A DNA stretch of 62,504 bases, filler included. It is 20 parts of 20 records of this genome, joined end to end, with 100 filler letters (N's around TTAATTAATTAA, not from the genome) between each part and the next. Parts side by side here need not be neighbours in the genome. Positions count along the whole stretch, not along the records: positions 11,182 to 13,799 come from SRR11831580_4941; positions 13,900 to 18,196 come from SRR11831580_4950; positions 18,297 to 20,524 come from SRR11831580_4966; positions 20,625 to 22,976 come from SRR11831580_4971; positions 23,077 to 25,270 come from SRR11831580_4991; 15 more parts are not named here. The stretch is one strand, 5' to 3'. Below are positions 12,001 to 25,370 of this stretch, piece by piece. Below the pieces are notes generated by a model, which saw only the letters and a program-made list of their open reading frames with translations, made no database searches and was not told the DNA's origin. How positions within the stretch are numbered: the stretch's first letter is position 1; every line of letters begins with the position of its first letter. Made by a program: the position numbers and the translations under genes.

Positions 12001-13520
12001 AATAGTCTCGTGAACGCTGTAATACACGCCGATTGCAAGTTGACCGAACGTTTTTGTGGTGCTAAAACACCTACCTTGCACTTGTGTTTCTTATCGTAGC
12101 TGCGGAATGGTAACAGAACTCGCGGTGGCCGGAGCCTGCCGATGCTGTCAGATTGGTGGTGTTACTCGCGCACTGCACCTCGTTCTCAGGCACTGGTTCT
12201 TCTTTCCAGCAAATTAGCTTTTTAGGGTTAGTAACCCGATACCCTACGCATATAGCATGCCCACATGGTCGCTACGTGCACTCGAGTTCTTTTTTTCGGT
12301 GTCCGCCTAGACTGCATGCCTAGCTCGTCATGTACGGTTCCCCGTATTGGCAGGTTGTTATGTTCCTCAGTTCATCTACATCAATGTCCGCTATAGTTCG
12401 CTCCCTACTTCCATTAGGCACCGGACAAGTATCTCCCAACACGCTTGGGCACTTTGTCAGAGACCGCTCCAATATCGGCGAAGTCACCGCGCAGTGATGA
12501 TTCATGCGATCCCTTTTCAAAAGATAATGCACCCGGTCGGCGTTGGATTCGTCGTAACTGATTAGATTCGAATACGTTTCCGCTGCGTGTATGCGTTGGG
12601 TTGCTTCCACTCATGACCATAGTTTTCGACAATCATGCAGGACTCTTCGACAGATTTGTTGTCAGTGACAACAGCGCAGCTACACCGCCCTTTAGTGCTG
12701 TGAGGCTATATGAAGCACTCGGTTTACCCACGGTGAGAGGCCCATCCTAACAACCGGAAGCACGAGGAACCGACGTGTGCCCGCTGCTTGGGTGGTGATG
12801 TGTGGAACACTGCGTATAAGGAACGTTCGTTTCGAAAAAGTTATGCACCCCAACCGCAACGACCCCGTCATACCCGTCGCAGTGTTATGCGAGTTGTCGT
12901 TTCCTCAATGTGTAGCCCTGTTCTAAACTCATTGTCTACCGCTCTACTTTCAGTATGGTCGGGATTATACACCTGTACTCCCGCATACGGACATACAAAG
13001 ATCCGTCACCCCTAGCCCACAAGCAAACAACCAAACCAAGGGACCCGGATTCGTAGCACGGTCACACTTGCAGAGTCCATATATTATATCAACAGATGCC
13101 TATCCTATGATGACTCTGAAACTAACGCCATCCGCAGTACTTACAGCAGGTACACGGAGTTACAATACATACGCGGTGCTGGACCCGCCTCTTTAATCTC
13201 AGTCTTCACTGCGTCAGAGATCATGTTCGCTGCATGAAAAACATCACCGCGGCCTCACAGTGAGCAATCAAAATAGAAACGTTAAAGCTAACACGGAACA
13301 GTATATTCATAATGATGGGTGTGGTCAGTCTTAAAAGGCACACACAAGACGGAGCACAGGCACCTTGTGCGCACAAAGCATAGCAACTAGTCACTGAGTA
13401 AAATAGAGCTTTAACAGAAACATGCGTGATGGGAAACTGCACATATCCCAACAACAACGTGAGGCACACAATACAGATCAAGCAGTAGAGCAGCACCGAT
13501 ACGAAGGGCGGACGACATAC

Positions 13521-13604
13521 ATCGCAGGTCCATTAGAGTCATAGCCGCCATAGATCGCAGTGCTGTGGCAAGGGCTTGAGCACCCGCATCACCAACCTTG
13601 CTTT
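13521..13604 (-). CDS. Single 84-nt exon encoding one 28-aa RNase-inhibitor-type leucine-rich repeat
   Basis: tag|AAAGC...CGAT|gtatgt; SKVGDAGAQALATALRSMAAMTLMDLR fits the NLRC3/RI-like LRR pattern; symmetric phase-1 exon. Confidence 0.7.
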
Positions 13605-13982
13605 CTATGAACAAAGCAGATAAATCGCAGAGACGCAAACAACAACTGTGCGGATACTTCAAGGCTCAGACAGAACAGAACGAGAGCGAGCGAAAGACAA
13701 ACAGCGAGACAAGCCACAACGAACGGATAAACATGGATAAAATAATCAACAGGGGATTACATACGGCTCAGATGCAGCTGAGTGAGTGAAGTCATCTGTN
13801 NNNNNNNNNNNNNNNNNNNNNNNNNNNNNNNNNNNNNNNNNNNTTAATTAATTAANNNNNNNNNNNNNNNNNNNNNNNNNNNNNNNNNNNNNNNNNNNNA
13901 CACGCACGAAGAAACGCATACGGAACACACAAACAGGCGTGCAAGTGTCAGTGGCGAGTTGTTCTGCATTGAAGTTACGTAC

Positions 13983-16900
13983 GTGTGAACTCATAGCTGG
14001 GCCCCGTCGGCGTAAAGTTCTGAATGTTGTTACTGATCAACACAGGAACCGTAGCAGGGGCGTGCGGTGGTGTGACACAGTGCATTTGAGAGGCGCTCAA
14101 CGTGGTGCCAGGCACAATCAACTCACCAAACTTGCAGCGTGTGTTGGGTGTGACCACAAAGTTGGTGCCCGTCACGGTGAGATTCGTGTAGCCCACTTTG
14201 GAAAGTCCGAGAAACAGAGCGAACGCAGTAAGCATGCGTAATGCGAACAGACGGAAGGATGTGACGTACATTCCGTGCCGTGTGTGTAATCCAACGAAGT
14301 GGCAGTGGCAATCGCCTGGAACTCGAACGAAACCGTGTTCGACGTGAAATCCTGGTTGTTGTTACTCACCTCCACCGCCACAGACCCGGTCGCCGGCGCA
14401 TACAATGTGGTACACTCAATCCGTGTCGAGCTCTTCCAGCTACCCCACACACGCTGTGTGCCGAATCTGCACACGAGTTCCGGCTGTCGGATGAAGGATG
14501 TACCCGCCACAACGACGGTTGTGTTGCCGTTCAGAGGACCGGTGGTTGGATCCACCGCGGTGACGGTAGGGGCGCTACAACGAACAACCAAGATCAGCGT
14601 CACACAGAGGCATGGACAACCAAAAACGCATGGCCCCAACTCACAGATGGAACCAAGGGATACAACTCACGCAGTATAACTCTCGAGGAGCACGTACTGT
14701 AGTAGGTAAATGGCGCCCGCCAGTCCGTGTAGTCCTGCGCGTTGTTACTGAGCTCAACAGGAATAGTGGCCGCAGCCTGCGCCGGCGAAAGACACCGCAC
14801 AATCGAACTGGAATCAACTGTAGCGGACACAGAGACCAGGGAGCCAAACTTGCAGTTGGTCATGCTCACGAAGAAGTAGTTGCCGGTGACAGTGACCACG
14901 GTGGAACCTGAGGTCGGGCCACTGTACGGCAGCATCGCGATCACAGGCATGGTATCTGCATCCATTATAATAAGTGAGATCACTTACGCTTTGGTTGGTT
15001 GGTGTGGGTTTGGCATTTAAAGTATCTGTGCCTGACATACAGCCCACCAACAGAACAAACACGCTGACAAACAGCAGCGACATACCCTGATACGTGTACT
15101 TGACAGCGCTGGTGGTATAGTCCTGATCGTTGTTGGTCATCTCCACCGATACCGTCGCGGGGACGGACGCCGGACTAATACACGTTGCAACCGACGTGCT
15201 GACATACGTTGCGAACACACTAAGGGATCCGAACCGACATTTGAGATGGTACGGAGTGGCGTAAAAGTTGCTGCCCGTGACCGTAACAGTGGTCCCAAAT
15301 CCTGTTAGCATAATATATTAGAAAGTGCGATCAAGGTACGCAGTCGCACACACGAGCAACCAGAATCAGATGGAAACGTCAACGTACTGATATGTAAGAA
15401 CAACACACATACACAAGTGCGCATACCTTGTGGGCCAACCGAGGGCACTAACGAAATCACCGCCGCGTTCTCCTGGTACGTGTACACCACGCCGCTCGAA
15501 GTAAAGTCCTGATTGTTGTTCGTAATCTCAATGGCCAGCGTGGTCACCGCCGCAGCAGGCAGCGAATTGCACTCCATCACCGAGCTGCTGATCCAAGTCG
15601 CAGCGACGCGGGTCATGGTGCCCCACATACAGTACAGCATGTCGGTGTTAATGAAATCCGTGCCGGTGACTGTGACCGCGGTGCTGCCCAGAAGGGGCCC
15701 CGTGCTGGGATGGAACGCGGTCACCGTGGGCGGGACTGCAGTGAGAGGACATCGTAAGCACGGTGTTGTTCCGTGTTAACATAAAGAAACATGAGCACAC
15801 GTTACATACACCAAAAAGACAAATGCTCAACCCCTTTCAAGAGAAACTCACCACTCACTCAAACGGAGTGACGTACCGTAGAAAGTAAAGTTGGTGACCA
15901 GACTGGTAAAATCCTGCCCGTTGTTAGTCAGCTCCACGGGCACAGACCCCACCGCATGAGGAGGGCTCTCACACAACATATGCGTGGATGTGGTGACTGT
16001 GTGTGACAGATCGACCGTGGTGCCAAACTTGCAACTCGTCACGGAGAGGAACTCGGCTCCGGTGACCGTAACAATGGTGCTGCCGGTGGACGGGCCGGAG
16101 ATGGGCAGCAACGCGCTTACCAACAGGGACGCTATATATGTATGAAAGGAACTGAGTACAAGCGTGCGAAATGAATGAATGACGAACGTACGGTTGTACG
16201 TGAAGGGAACAGTATTAGCTGTGTAGTCCCAGTTGTTGTTGCTCAGTCGCACAGTGACCAGATCTGGTACGTGGGGCGGGGAGATGCACAACGCGAGAGA
16301 CGCTGATGTTACCGTGGCAACCACTTGGTACTCGCCGAAGAGACAGGCAGTGTCGCCCGATGCAACGTAGTTGGTACCCGTCAGTGTAACCACAGTGCCA
16401 CCAGCTACAGAAAAAGCGGGTGAGTGGAGGTGAATTTTTGTGGAAGAAAGCACGCAATACAGACAGTGTGTCAGCTGCTTGATTACAGGGTCACACGCGA
16501 AAACGTACTTTGTCGACCATGCCATGGGTTCACCGCAGTGGTACTCGGGTCCGCATAGAACGTATACACCTGTGCGCCGCTGGTGAAGTCCTGGTTGTTG
16601 TTCGACATCTCCAGCAACACGGTGCCTGTGGCGGCGGCGGGGGACAAACAGAACAGACGCGTGGATGAAAACCACTGTGCGTGCGTGCGACCAGAGGACC
16701 CGAACCGGCACCACAAGTCGATGTACTCACGGAACTCTGTGCCGATGAGGGTGACGCGGGTGGCACCGGCTGCTGGTCCCGTGGTGGGTATGATTTGCGT
16801 GACGGTGGCGGAGCTATGGGAGCAAATTAGCATGAGCAATGGATAGGGTAATAAACAACACGGTGAAGATGGAAAGCAGATATACCGTACAGCGAGGACG

Positions 16901-18196
16901 CAGACGTACCGTAAAATGTGAACGGAACCAGGTCGGTGGTGTAGTCCTGTCCGTTCTGTGTGACTTCCAAAGCCACGGTTGCGGCCGCGTGTACGGGCGA
17001 TGCACAGATTATACGTGTAGAGGACACCACGGTCGTGTTGGTGCCTAACTTTGTACCGAATTTGCATGTGGCGGTGGGCCAATACGCAACACCCGCCACT
17101 GTGACAGTGGTCGCGCCGTTAGTCGGGCCGCTATTGGGCACAAGGGACGTCACGAAGGCCATATCTACACAGCGCACATTGTGTTAAGCAAAACACGAAA
17201 ACGAGACGGTATAAATGGCACGTACGCTGGTAGGTGTATTTGACTGCGTTGGTGGTAAAGTCCTGATTATTCGTGGAAATTTCCACACCGATGACCGCCA
17301 GTACGTGCGGCGGTGTGACACAATACATAGCCGTAGCCGCGATATACGACCCCCGAACCTCCTCCTGTCCGAACCGACAGCGCAGGTTGGGTGTGGCAAC
17401 ATAATTGGTGCCCGTGATAGTAACCACGGAGCCACCAGCTGCAAGGAAGGAGGAGGAGTAGCCAGAGCATGAGAGCTTATACAGAGACAGTAGAAAGAGA
17501 CGCACAGATAGAGATCACAAACACTAACTGTACACATACACCTAAGAGGGAACGAGTACATACCGATCGGGCCTCGAGTGTTGCTGAGCGACGCCACGGT
17601 CGGCGTGGGCAGGTACAAATACGGCACAGTGTTGCCAGTAAAGTCCTGATTGTTGTTGCTGATCTCCAGCGAAACGGTGCCTGTTGCTGCGACCGTATTC
17701 GAACGGCACTCGATTAGTGTTGATGAAACCCAGCTGGCCCACACGACAGAGGCTGTGCCGAAGCGACACGCGAGCAACTGCGTGTCCACGAACCCAGTGC
17801 CTGTGACCGTGACCAGCGTGGAACCGGCCACGGGGCCCGAGGTGGGAAGGATGGCCGTCACAGTAGGGGGAACTGTAAAGCAAGTATGAGCATAGCCCAG
17901 TATCGCTCATCACACCAATGACACGGGAGGAATATTTCACACTAACAGCGCGTTCCGTACCGTAGAACACGTAATCCTGCAGGCTGACAGTGAAGTCCTG
18001 GTTGTTGAACGACACCTCCAGAGCCACAGTGCCTGCACCCTGGGCCGGTGCCAGACACGTTAAGCGAGTTGCAGTCACATAAGTGGTTTGCATGGAGACG
18101 GATGCGCCAAACTTGCACCAGCCCAACAGCAGGAACCGTGATCCATAGACGTTGATGGTGGTGGTGCCGGTGGTGGGTCCGAGAGGCGGGAACACA
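13983..18196 (-). CDS. Eukaryotic tandem IPT/TIG-domain protein, 12 domains, both ends missing
   Basis: 12 exons giving 12 repeats of P-x-x-G-P-x-x-G-x-T-x-V-T-V-x-G-x-x-F...C-x-F-G...C-x-S/T-P...V-x-V-E-x-S-N-N-x-Q-D-F/Y-T...F/Y-T-F/Y-Y; GT-AG introns. Confidence 0.93.
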
Positions 18197-18322
18197 NNNN
18201 NNNNNNNNNNNNNNNNNNNNNNNNNNNNNNNNNNNNNNNNTTAATTAATTAANNNNNNNNNNNNNNNNNNNNNNNNNNNNNNNNNNNNNNNNNNNNACAG
18301 GCCGGCACTGGCGCGAATATTT

Positions 18323-18361
18323 ACCCTCACCCCGGCCCTCTCCCTGAAAGGGCGAGGGGGA
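18323..18361. repeat. E. coli BoxC-type repeat
   Basis: ACCCTCACCCCGGCCCTCTCCCTGAAAGGGCGAGGGGG imperfect palindrome upstream of ygfF. Confidence 0.7.
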
Positions 18362-18445
18362 AAAGCGTGCCAACATTGAAGATTGAGCCAGTTTGTTAGC
18401 AATCTCAAAGATACGTCAACGAATTAATTTTTCTCGGAAAAACAA

Positions 18446-19189
18446 ATGGCTATAGCACTTGTGACTGGTGGCAGTCGCGGCATCGGGCGGGCAACTGCAT
18501 TACTGTTGGCGCAAGAAGGGTATACGGTGGCGGTTAATTATCAGCAAAACCTCCACGCGGCGCAGGAAGTGATGAACTTAATAACGCAAGCCGGTGGCAA
18601 AGCATTCGTGCTCCAGGCGGATATCAGCGACGAAAACCAGGTCGTTGCGATGTTTACAGCAATCGATCAGCACGATGAACCGCTAGCAGCGCTGGTCAAT
18701 AACGCCGGGATCTTGTTTACCCAGTGCACCGTTGAAAACCTTACCGCAGAGCGAATCAACCGAGTACTTTCCACCAACGTGACGGGATATTTTCTCTGCT
18801 GCCGCGAGGCGGTAAAACGCATGGCGCTTAAAAATGGTGGCAGTGGCGGCGCTATCGTCAATGTCTCTTCGGTGGCCTCACGGTTGGGTTCGCCAGGGGA
18901 ATATGTTGATTACGCGGCATCGAAAGGGGCGATTGATACGTTAACCACCGGACTATCGCTGGAAGTCGCCGCGCAGGGGATCCGCGTTAACTGCGTGCGG
19001 CCAGGGTTTATTTATACCGAAATGCACGCCAGCGGCGGCGAGCCTGGACGCGTCGATCGCGTTAAGTCGAACATCCCCATGCAGCGTGGTGGACAGGCAG
19101 AAGAGGTCGCGCAGGCCATTGTCTGGCTACTAAGTGATAAAGCCTCTTACGTCACGGGAAGTTTTATCGATTTGGCGGGCGGGAAATAA
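18446..19189 (+). CDS. ygfF: SDR-family NAD(P)-dependent oxidoreductase
   Basis: 247 aa, TGGSRGIG, NNAG, YAASK. Confidence 0.96.
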   Translation: MAIALVTGGSRGIGRATALLLAQEGYTVAVNYQQNLHAAQEVMNLITQAGGKAFVLQADISDENQVVAMFTAIDQHDEPLAALVNNAGILFTQCTVENLTAERINRVLSTNVTGYFLCCREAVKRMALKNGGSGGAIVNVSSVASRLGSPGEYVDYAASKGAIDTLTTGLSLEVAAQGIRVNCVRPGFIYTEMHASGGEPGRVDRVKSNIPMQRGGQAEEVAQAIVWLLSDKASYVTGSFIDLAGGK

Positions 19190-19206
19190 AACAGGGAAGT
19201 TGTCTG

Positions 19207-19234
19207 ACCGGATGCAACAAGTATTGCATCCGGT
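19207..19234. terminator. Hairpin between convergent ygfF and bglA
   Basis: 11-bp inverted repeat ACCGGATGCAA/TTGCATCCGGT. Confidence 0.7.
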
Positions 19235-19245
19235 ACTTCATCGAC

Positions 19246-20524
<1,279 letters not shown>

Positions 20525-20624
20525 NNNNNNNNNNNNNNNNNNNNNNNNNNNNNNNNNNNNNNNNNNNNTTAATTAATTAANNNNNNNNNNNNNNNNNNNN
20601 NNNNNNNNNNNNNNNNNNNNNNNN

Positions 20625-20649
20625 ATGTATGCTATACGAAGTTATTACG
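20625..20649 (+). other. 454 Titanium paired-end linker remnant (partial loxP)
   Basis: ATGTATGC TATACGAAGTTAT TACG = loxP spacer, right arm and TACG, the 3' 25 nt of the Titanium linker; at contig edge, interrupts rodZ. Confidence 0.93.
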
Positions 20650-21480
20650 GCTAAACAATTTTTTACCGGTAGCATCAGTGACCTCCAGCCAGCAATCGGC
20701 AGTAAAGTTCATCACCAGCGCATTCGGATCAGCCACCGGCGTGGTCACGCCAGCCTGATCGGTTGGCAACGGCGCAGCACCATCTGGCGTTGTTGCTGCC
20801 GTTGGTGCCGGGGTCGCGGCGGTATCAACATTTGCCTGCGAAGGCGAAACAACCGCATTCTGTTGCGGATCAACAGCTGGTGCTGGCGCAGTTACGGCAG
20901 GTGTTTGCGTGTTGGTTGCGGTAGTATCCACAGACGCTGGCGGCGTGGACGTTGTAGCCGGGTCTGTAGTTGTCGACGTATTTAATGGAACACTCTGCCC
21001 CTGCTCGCTATTACTGCTCAGTTCCGCCGAAGATTGATCGGCCATAGTGGTGATCTCTTCCTGCTGAGCTTTGCGGTCTTGCCACCACCAGGCACCGCTC
21101 AGGCCGATAACCACAAACAACACCAGCCAAGTGAAGGTCATCAGCCAGCCGTCGCGTTTTTTGCGGCGTTTACCGAGGGAAAAACTCTGCATCGGCGCAA
21201 CTTTTGCAGCCCGAAGTGGAGCCTGCTTTTCCAGCCCTGGCAGCAGTTCTTCTTCTGGAATATGTACCAGACGCGCATAAGAGCGGATATATCCGCGCAG
21301 GAATGTTGAAGCAAGATCGGCGGGTGCCTTATCTTCTTCAATGTCGCGTACCGTGGAAACCTTCAGGCAAAGTCGCTCGGCAACGGCCTGCTGACTAAGT
21401 CCTAGTTGTTCGCGAGCATTACGCAGGCGAGCGCCGGTAGTAAGTGCTTCATTTTGGTCGTGCGTGGCTTCAGTATTCAT
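20650..21480 (-). CDS. rodZ: Cytoskeleton protein RodZ, 3' truncated
   Basis: [30 protein letters not shown] helix, P/T-rich linker; the ORF tail RNNFV is linker-derived. Confidence 0.97.
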
Positions 21481-21722
21481 TCGCTGCAGGTACGTTTAAA
21501 TGAGAATTGAGATGCCGGTGAACCATCATGCTCACCCACACCGCGAAACATCCGTTAAGTTAACCGTTATCATACAGTATAAGACCGTCTGTGTGCTCGT
21601 GACAAAGCCCACATTCACTAAGGCTAACTTACTGTTGCATCGTTACATACTGCCTTAAAGTCAGCAAAAACGCACCGTTAATATTGACCAGACAATTGCA
21701 ACTTAATACTTCATTCATAAAA

Positions 21723-21760
21723 CATTACGCCACGGTACATAAAGTAACCGTGGCGTAATG
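21723..21760. terminator. Hairpin downstream of rlmN
   Basis: 14-bp inverted repeat CATTACGCCACGGT/ACCGTGGCGTAATG. Confidence 0.65.
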
Positions 21761-21764
21761 GCTA

Positions 21765-22919
21765 TCAGACCGCTTTAATGTCGATGGCTTCACCCTGCAT
21801 CCGTTTACGCAGGGTACGTTTCGTACGGTCGATAACATCGCCCGCCAACTGACCACAGGCAGCATCGATATCATCACCACGAGTTTTACGCACAATAGTG
21901 GTGAAACCGTAGCTCATCAGCACTTTTGAGAAACGGTCGATACGGCTGTTCGAGCTGCGTCCATACGGCGCACCCGGGAACGGGTTCCACGGGATCAGGT
22001 TGATCTTACACGGCGTATCTTTCAGCAGTTCCGCCAGTTGGTGCGCGTGTTCAGTGCCGTCGTTAACGTGGTCAAGCATCACGTATTCAATAGTGACTCG
22101 GCCCTGATTGGCGTTGGATTTCTCCAGATAACGGCGCACCGCAGCAAGGAACGTTTCGATATTGTACTTTTTGTTGATCGGCACAATTTCGTCACGAATT
22201 TCGTCGTTCGGCGCGTGCAGGGAAATTGCCAGTGCAACGTCGATCATATCGCCCAGTTTATCCAGCGCCGGAACTACACCGGAAGTGGAAAGCGTGACGC
22301 GACGTTTAGACAGGCCAAAACCGAAATCATCAAGCATGATTTCCATCGCCGGAACGACGTTGTTCAGGTTGAGCAGCGGCTCGCCCATGCCCATCATCAC
22401 TACGTTAGTGATCGGACGCTGACCGGTGACTTTTGCTGCGCCGACGATTTTCGCCGCACGCCACACCTGGCCGATAATTTCCGACACCCGCAGGTTGCGG
22501 TTAAAGCCCTGCTGGGCGGTGGAACAGAATTTACACTCCAGCGCACACCCCACCTGCGAAGAGACGCAGAGCGTGGCACGGTCGTCTTCCGGGATATACA
22601 CCGTTTCGACGCGCTGATCGCCAACGGCGATCGCCCATTTAATGGTGCCGTCAGATGAACGCTGTTCTTCAACCACTTCCGGTGCGCGGATTTCCGCCAC
22701 CTCTTTCAGTTTGCCGCGCAACACTTTGTTGATGTCGGTCATCTCATCAAAGTTGTCGCAGCAATAGTGATACATCCACTTCATCACCTGATCGGCGCGG
22801 AAGGGTTTTTCACCTAAATCTTTAAAAAACTCCCGCATCTGCTGACGGTTGAGATCCAGCAGGTTGATTTTTCCATCTTTCGTGGTGACGTTTTCAGGTG
22901 TGACTAATTGTTCAGACAT
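21765..22919 (-). CDS. rlmN: Dual-specificity rRNA/tRNA m2A methyltransferase
   Basis: 384 aa radical [23 protein letters not shown]. Confidence 0.99.
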
Positions 22920-23855
22920 ATGCTATTCCGGCCTCGTTATTACACGTTATGGCCCCTGGAGGGTTGAAAAAACGAANNNNNNNNNNNNNNNNNNNNNNNN
23001 NNNNNNNNNNNNNNNNNNNNTTAATTAATTAANNNNNNNNNNNNNNNNNNNNNNNNNNNNNNNNNNNNNNNNNNNNGGTTGGATTTCACCGTCAATGGGG
23101 GCTTTCCGCTGCAATAGCGAGCTCAAGTAGCGAGTAGGTTCGTCCACTCGATCATTCCTCATCATAGACCATCAAGTTCAATCTGTATTTCAGTTCCATC
23201 ACTTGCAACAGCCATGCGACACTATATGCCATCAACACTATACACTATCACAGTTTTGAAGAAGATCGATCGTTGTTGGCTGTGTCGCAAGCATCTCTGT
23301 TCACGTAAATTGATGTGAACTCAGAACGAAGACTATGGGTATGAAGTGGCACAGTGATGGTGTACATGGAAAGGATGTAGAAGAAAGCAGTACTCGCTAG
23401 GCTTGTGGCTTCCGCGCGCGATATGTGGGTAAGCGATCAGACCTGAGGTGCGGGGACGCAAGATGGGTGGGTTCTGCTTGCTAGCAAGCTCAATCGCGCT
23501 CACAGTACACTCGCTCGTCGGACTCGAGACTGCAACCTGAAGTACATGGTCTTACATGTGCCCAACCTATCGATATCCCAACCTGTACAGATAGCTTAGC
23601 GCAAGGGGACGCGGACAGCCTGGCGGGCCCTGGGGTGGGGTGTGTGTACGTAAAGAAGTGTCCTCGGTGGGTGGCTGACAGACTCGGCTGCACTTTAGTC
23701 TTGTTTGCTCAGACCATAGTAGGGGCCGCTAGTGCATGTCTGGTAGGTCATCTGTACGTCTCGCGGTGGCATTCTGCAAGGATATAAGCATGTTCGACAT
23801 CCCTGTACGCGTGCTGCAGTTTCTTTAGCGTTCGTTTCGTTGTGGCAGCTGCAAC

Positions 23856-23891
23856 TGTTGTTGTTGTTGCTGTTGCTGTGGTTGTTGTTGT
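23856..23891 (+). repeat. Imperfect (TTG/CTG)n trinucleotide tract
   Basis: ctgttgttgttgttgctgttgctgtggttgttgttg. Confidence 0.8.
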
Positions 23892-24750
23892 CATTTCCCC
23901 ATCGTGATTTAATCACCAGCCTGCATGGATGACCCGTTACAGTACTGCAAAGACGCAGAATGTGAGATACAGTGAATATGGATCGCTATGAAGTATTTAC
24001 AACTATGAACGTATCATGATAACATCATCATCGTTCTAAGCACCGTAACCCTCATCAGTAGTCTGATTAGATAGCTCCAGTGTTGCCTCGCGGCGAGAAT
24101 CTCGTTGCGATATAGGGGGTGATGACACGGGTGGCCTAGAAGAATGCCCCTACTACTGCCGTTCTGTTGTCTGCGAGAAAACATCTACACATGTGTGATC
24201 ATTGACGCGATTGTCATTCTATCTGCTGCGGGAATGGAGTGTGTGTCTGCGTTCAGAACGCGACGATCTCATACGATTGAATGCCAGAAATGCGCTATCA
24301 GAATCGCGCAGTGTGAGTTGTTCTTTTTTCTATGGTACGTAGGCACACACAGCCAATATTGGTGTGGGTTGAACAAGGAATACAAGCGCACATAAATAAT
24401 GCCACATTATTAAGAACTTAAGTTAGACTGGTGTGTCTTCATGTTGGAGAGACACAGCTAAGTCACATAATGTTCGTCTACGCGTATAGCGTGCCTGAAC
24501 CGTGGGGTACTGTTAAGGAGATAGGTGCAGACACGCACACAGACAGTAGAGGTGCAGATACACATGCGTGTACACATGAACGGAAGCTCACAAGAATGTC
24601 GATTTAAGAAGAAGAAAATCATTTCTTTATGTCAATACCTCACATACACACACGCACACCGTCACACATACAAACCGGGAACAAAAAACTAAAATATGGA
24701 AACTGAAACACACTACAAATCTAACTACCCCACACTACTGTTTGCGGCTC

Positions 24751-25232
24751 TTAACAATCGTTATCAACGATGCCATCACAGTCGTTGTCCAGCCCTGCAC
24801 AGCAAACCGTCGGGTAAGTGACATGCACTTTCTTTACGTGACAGGACACGTACCATCACAAACTTCGGGGCCGGCAGACTCGTGTGCCACGCAACCCAGA
24901 TCAGGTCCTACACAAGTGATGACACCGTAGCCGCACACACCAGGCAGACCAGTGTCGCACTCGTCACCCACTGTGGCTACGTTGTCAATGCTGCCGTCGC
25001 CATCGTTGTCGAGACCTACAGAAATCGGATAAGTGAGAGATACTCTCCATTATTGCGCAGCAGCACGCACCATCACAGATTTCGGTGGTCGGGGTTTCGT
25101 TCGGCACGCAGTTCATGTTGGCACCATCACACACAACGGTGCCTGCACTGTACTCACCAAGTGGGTTGGCGTTGCACTCGTCACCAACAGTGGCCACGTT
25201 GTCAATAGTGCCGTCACAGTTGTTGTCAAGAC
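24751..25232 (-). CDS. 3' end of a spliced eukaryotic gene with Cys-rich ExCDGLDNDCDG (MopE-like putative metal-binding) repeats
   Basis: Exons 25232-25071, 25015-24854, 24794-24751 splice to GLDNNCDGTIDNVATVGDECNANPLGEYSAGTVVCDGANMNCVPNETPTTEICD-GLDNDGDGSIDNVATVGDECDTGLPGVCGYGVITCVGPDLGCVAHESAGPEVCD-GLDNDCDGIVDNDC*. Confidence 0.85.
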
Positions 25233-25370
25233 CTGTGTTTGACCCCGGGTAAGTGACTACTCCAACAGTANNNNNNNNNNNNNNNNNNNNNNNNNNNNNN
25301 NNNNNNNNNNNNNNTTAATTAATTAANNNNNNNNNNNNNNNNNNNNNNNNNNNNNNNNNNNNNNNNNNNN

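Noticed and set aside
11196-12228. Isolated TTAGGG hexamers at 11196, 11326 and 12223 as telomeric sequence
   Set aside because: Single non-tandem copies, compatible with chance
23077-24750. Coding potential in the left part of the Cys-repeat contig
   Set aside because: Only short frames and a poly-Asn-like trinucleotide tract; no consistent exon chain found
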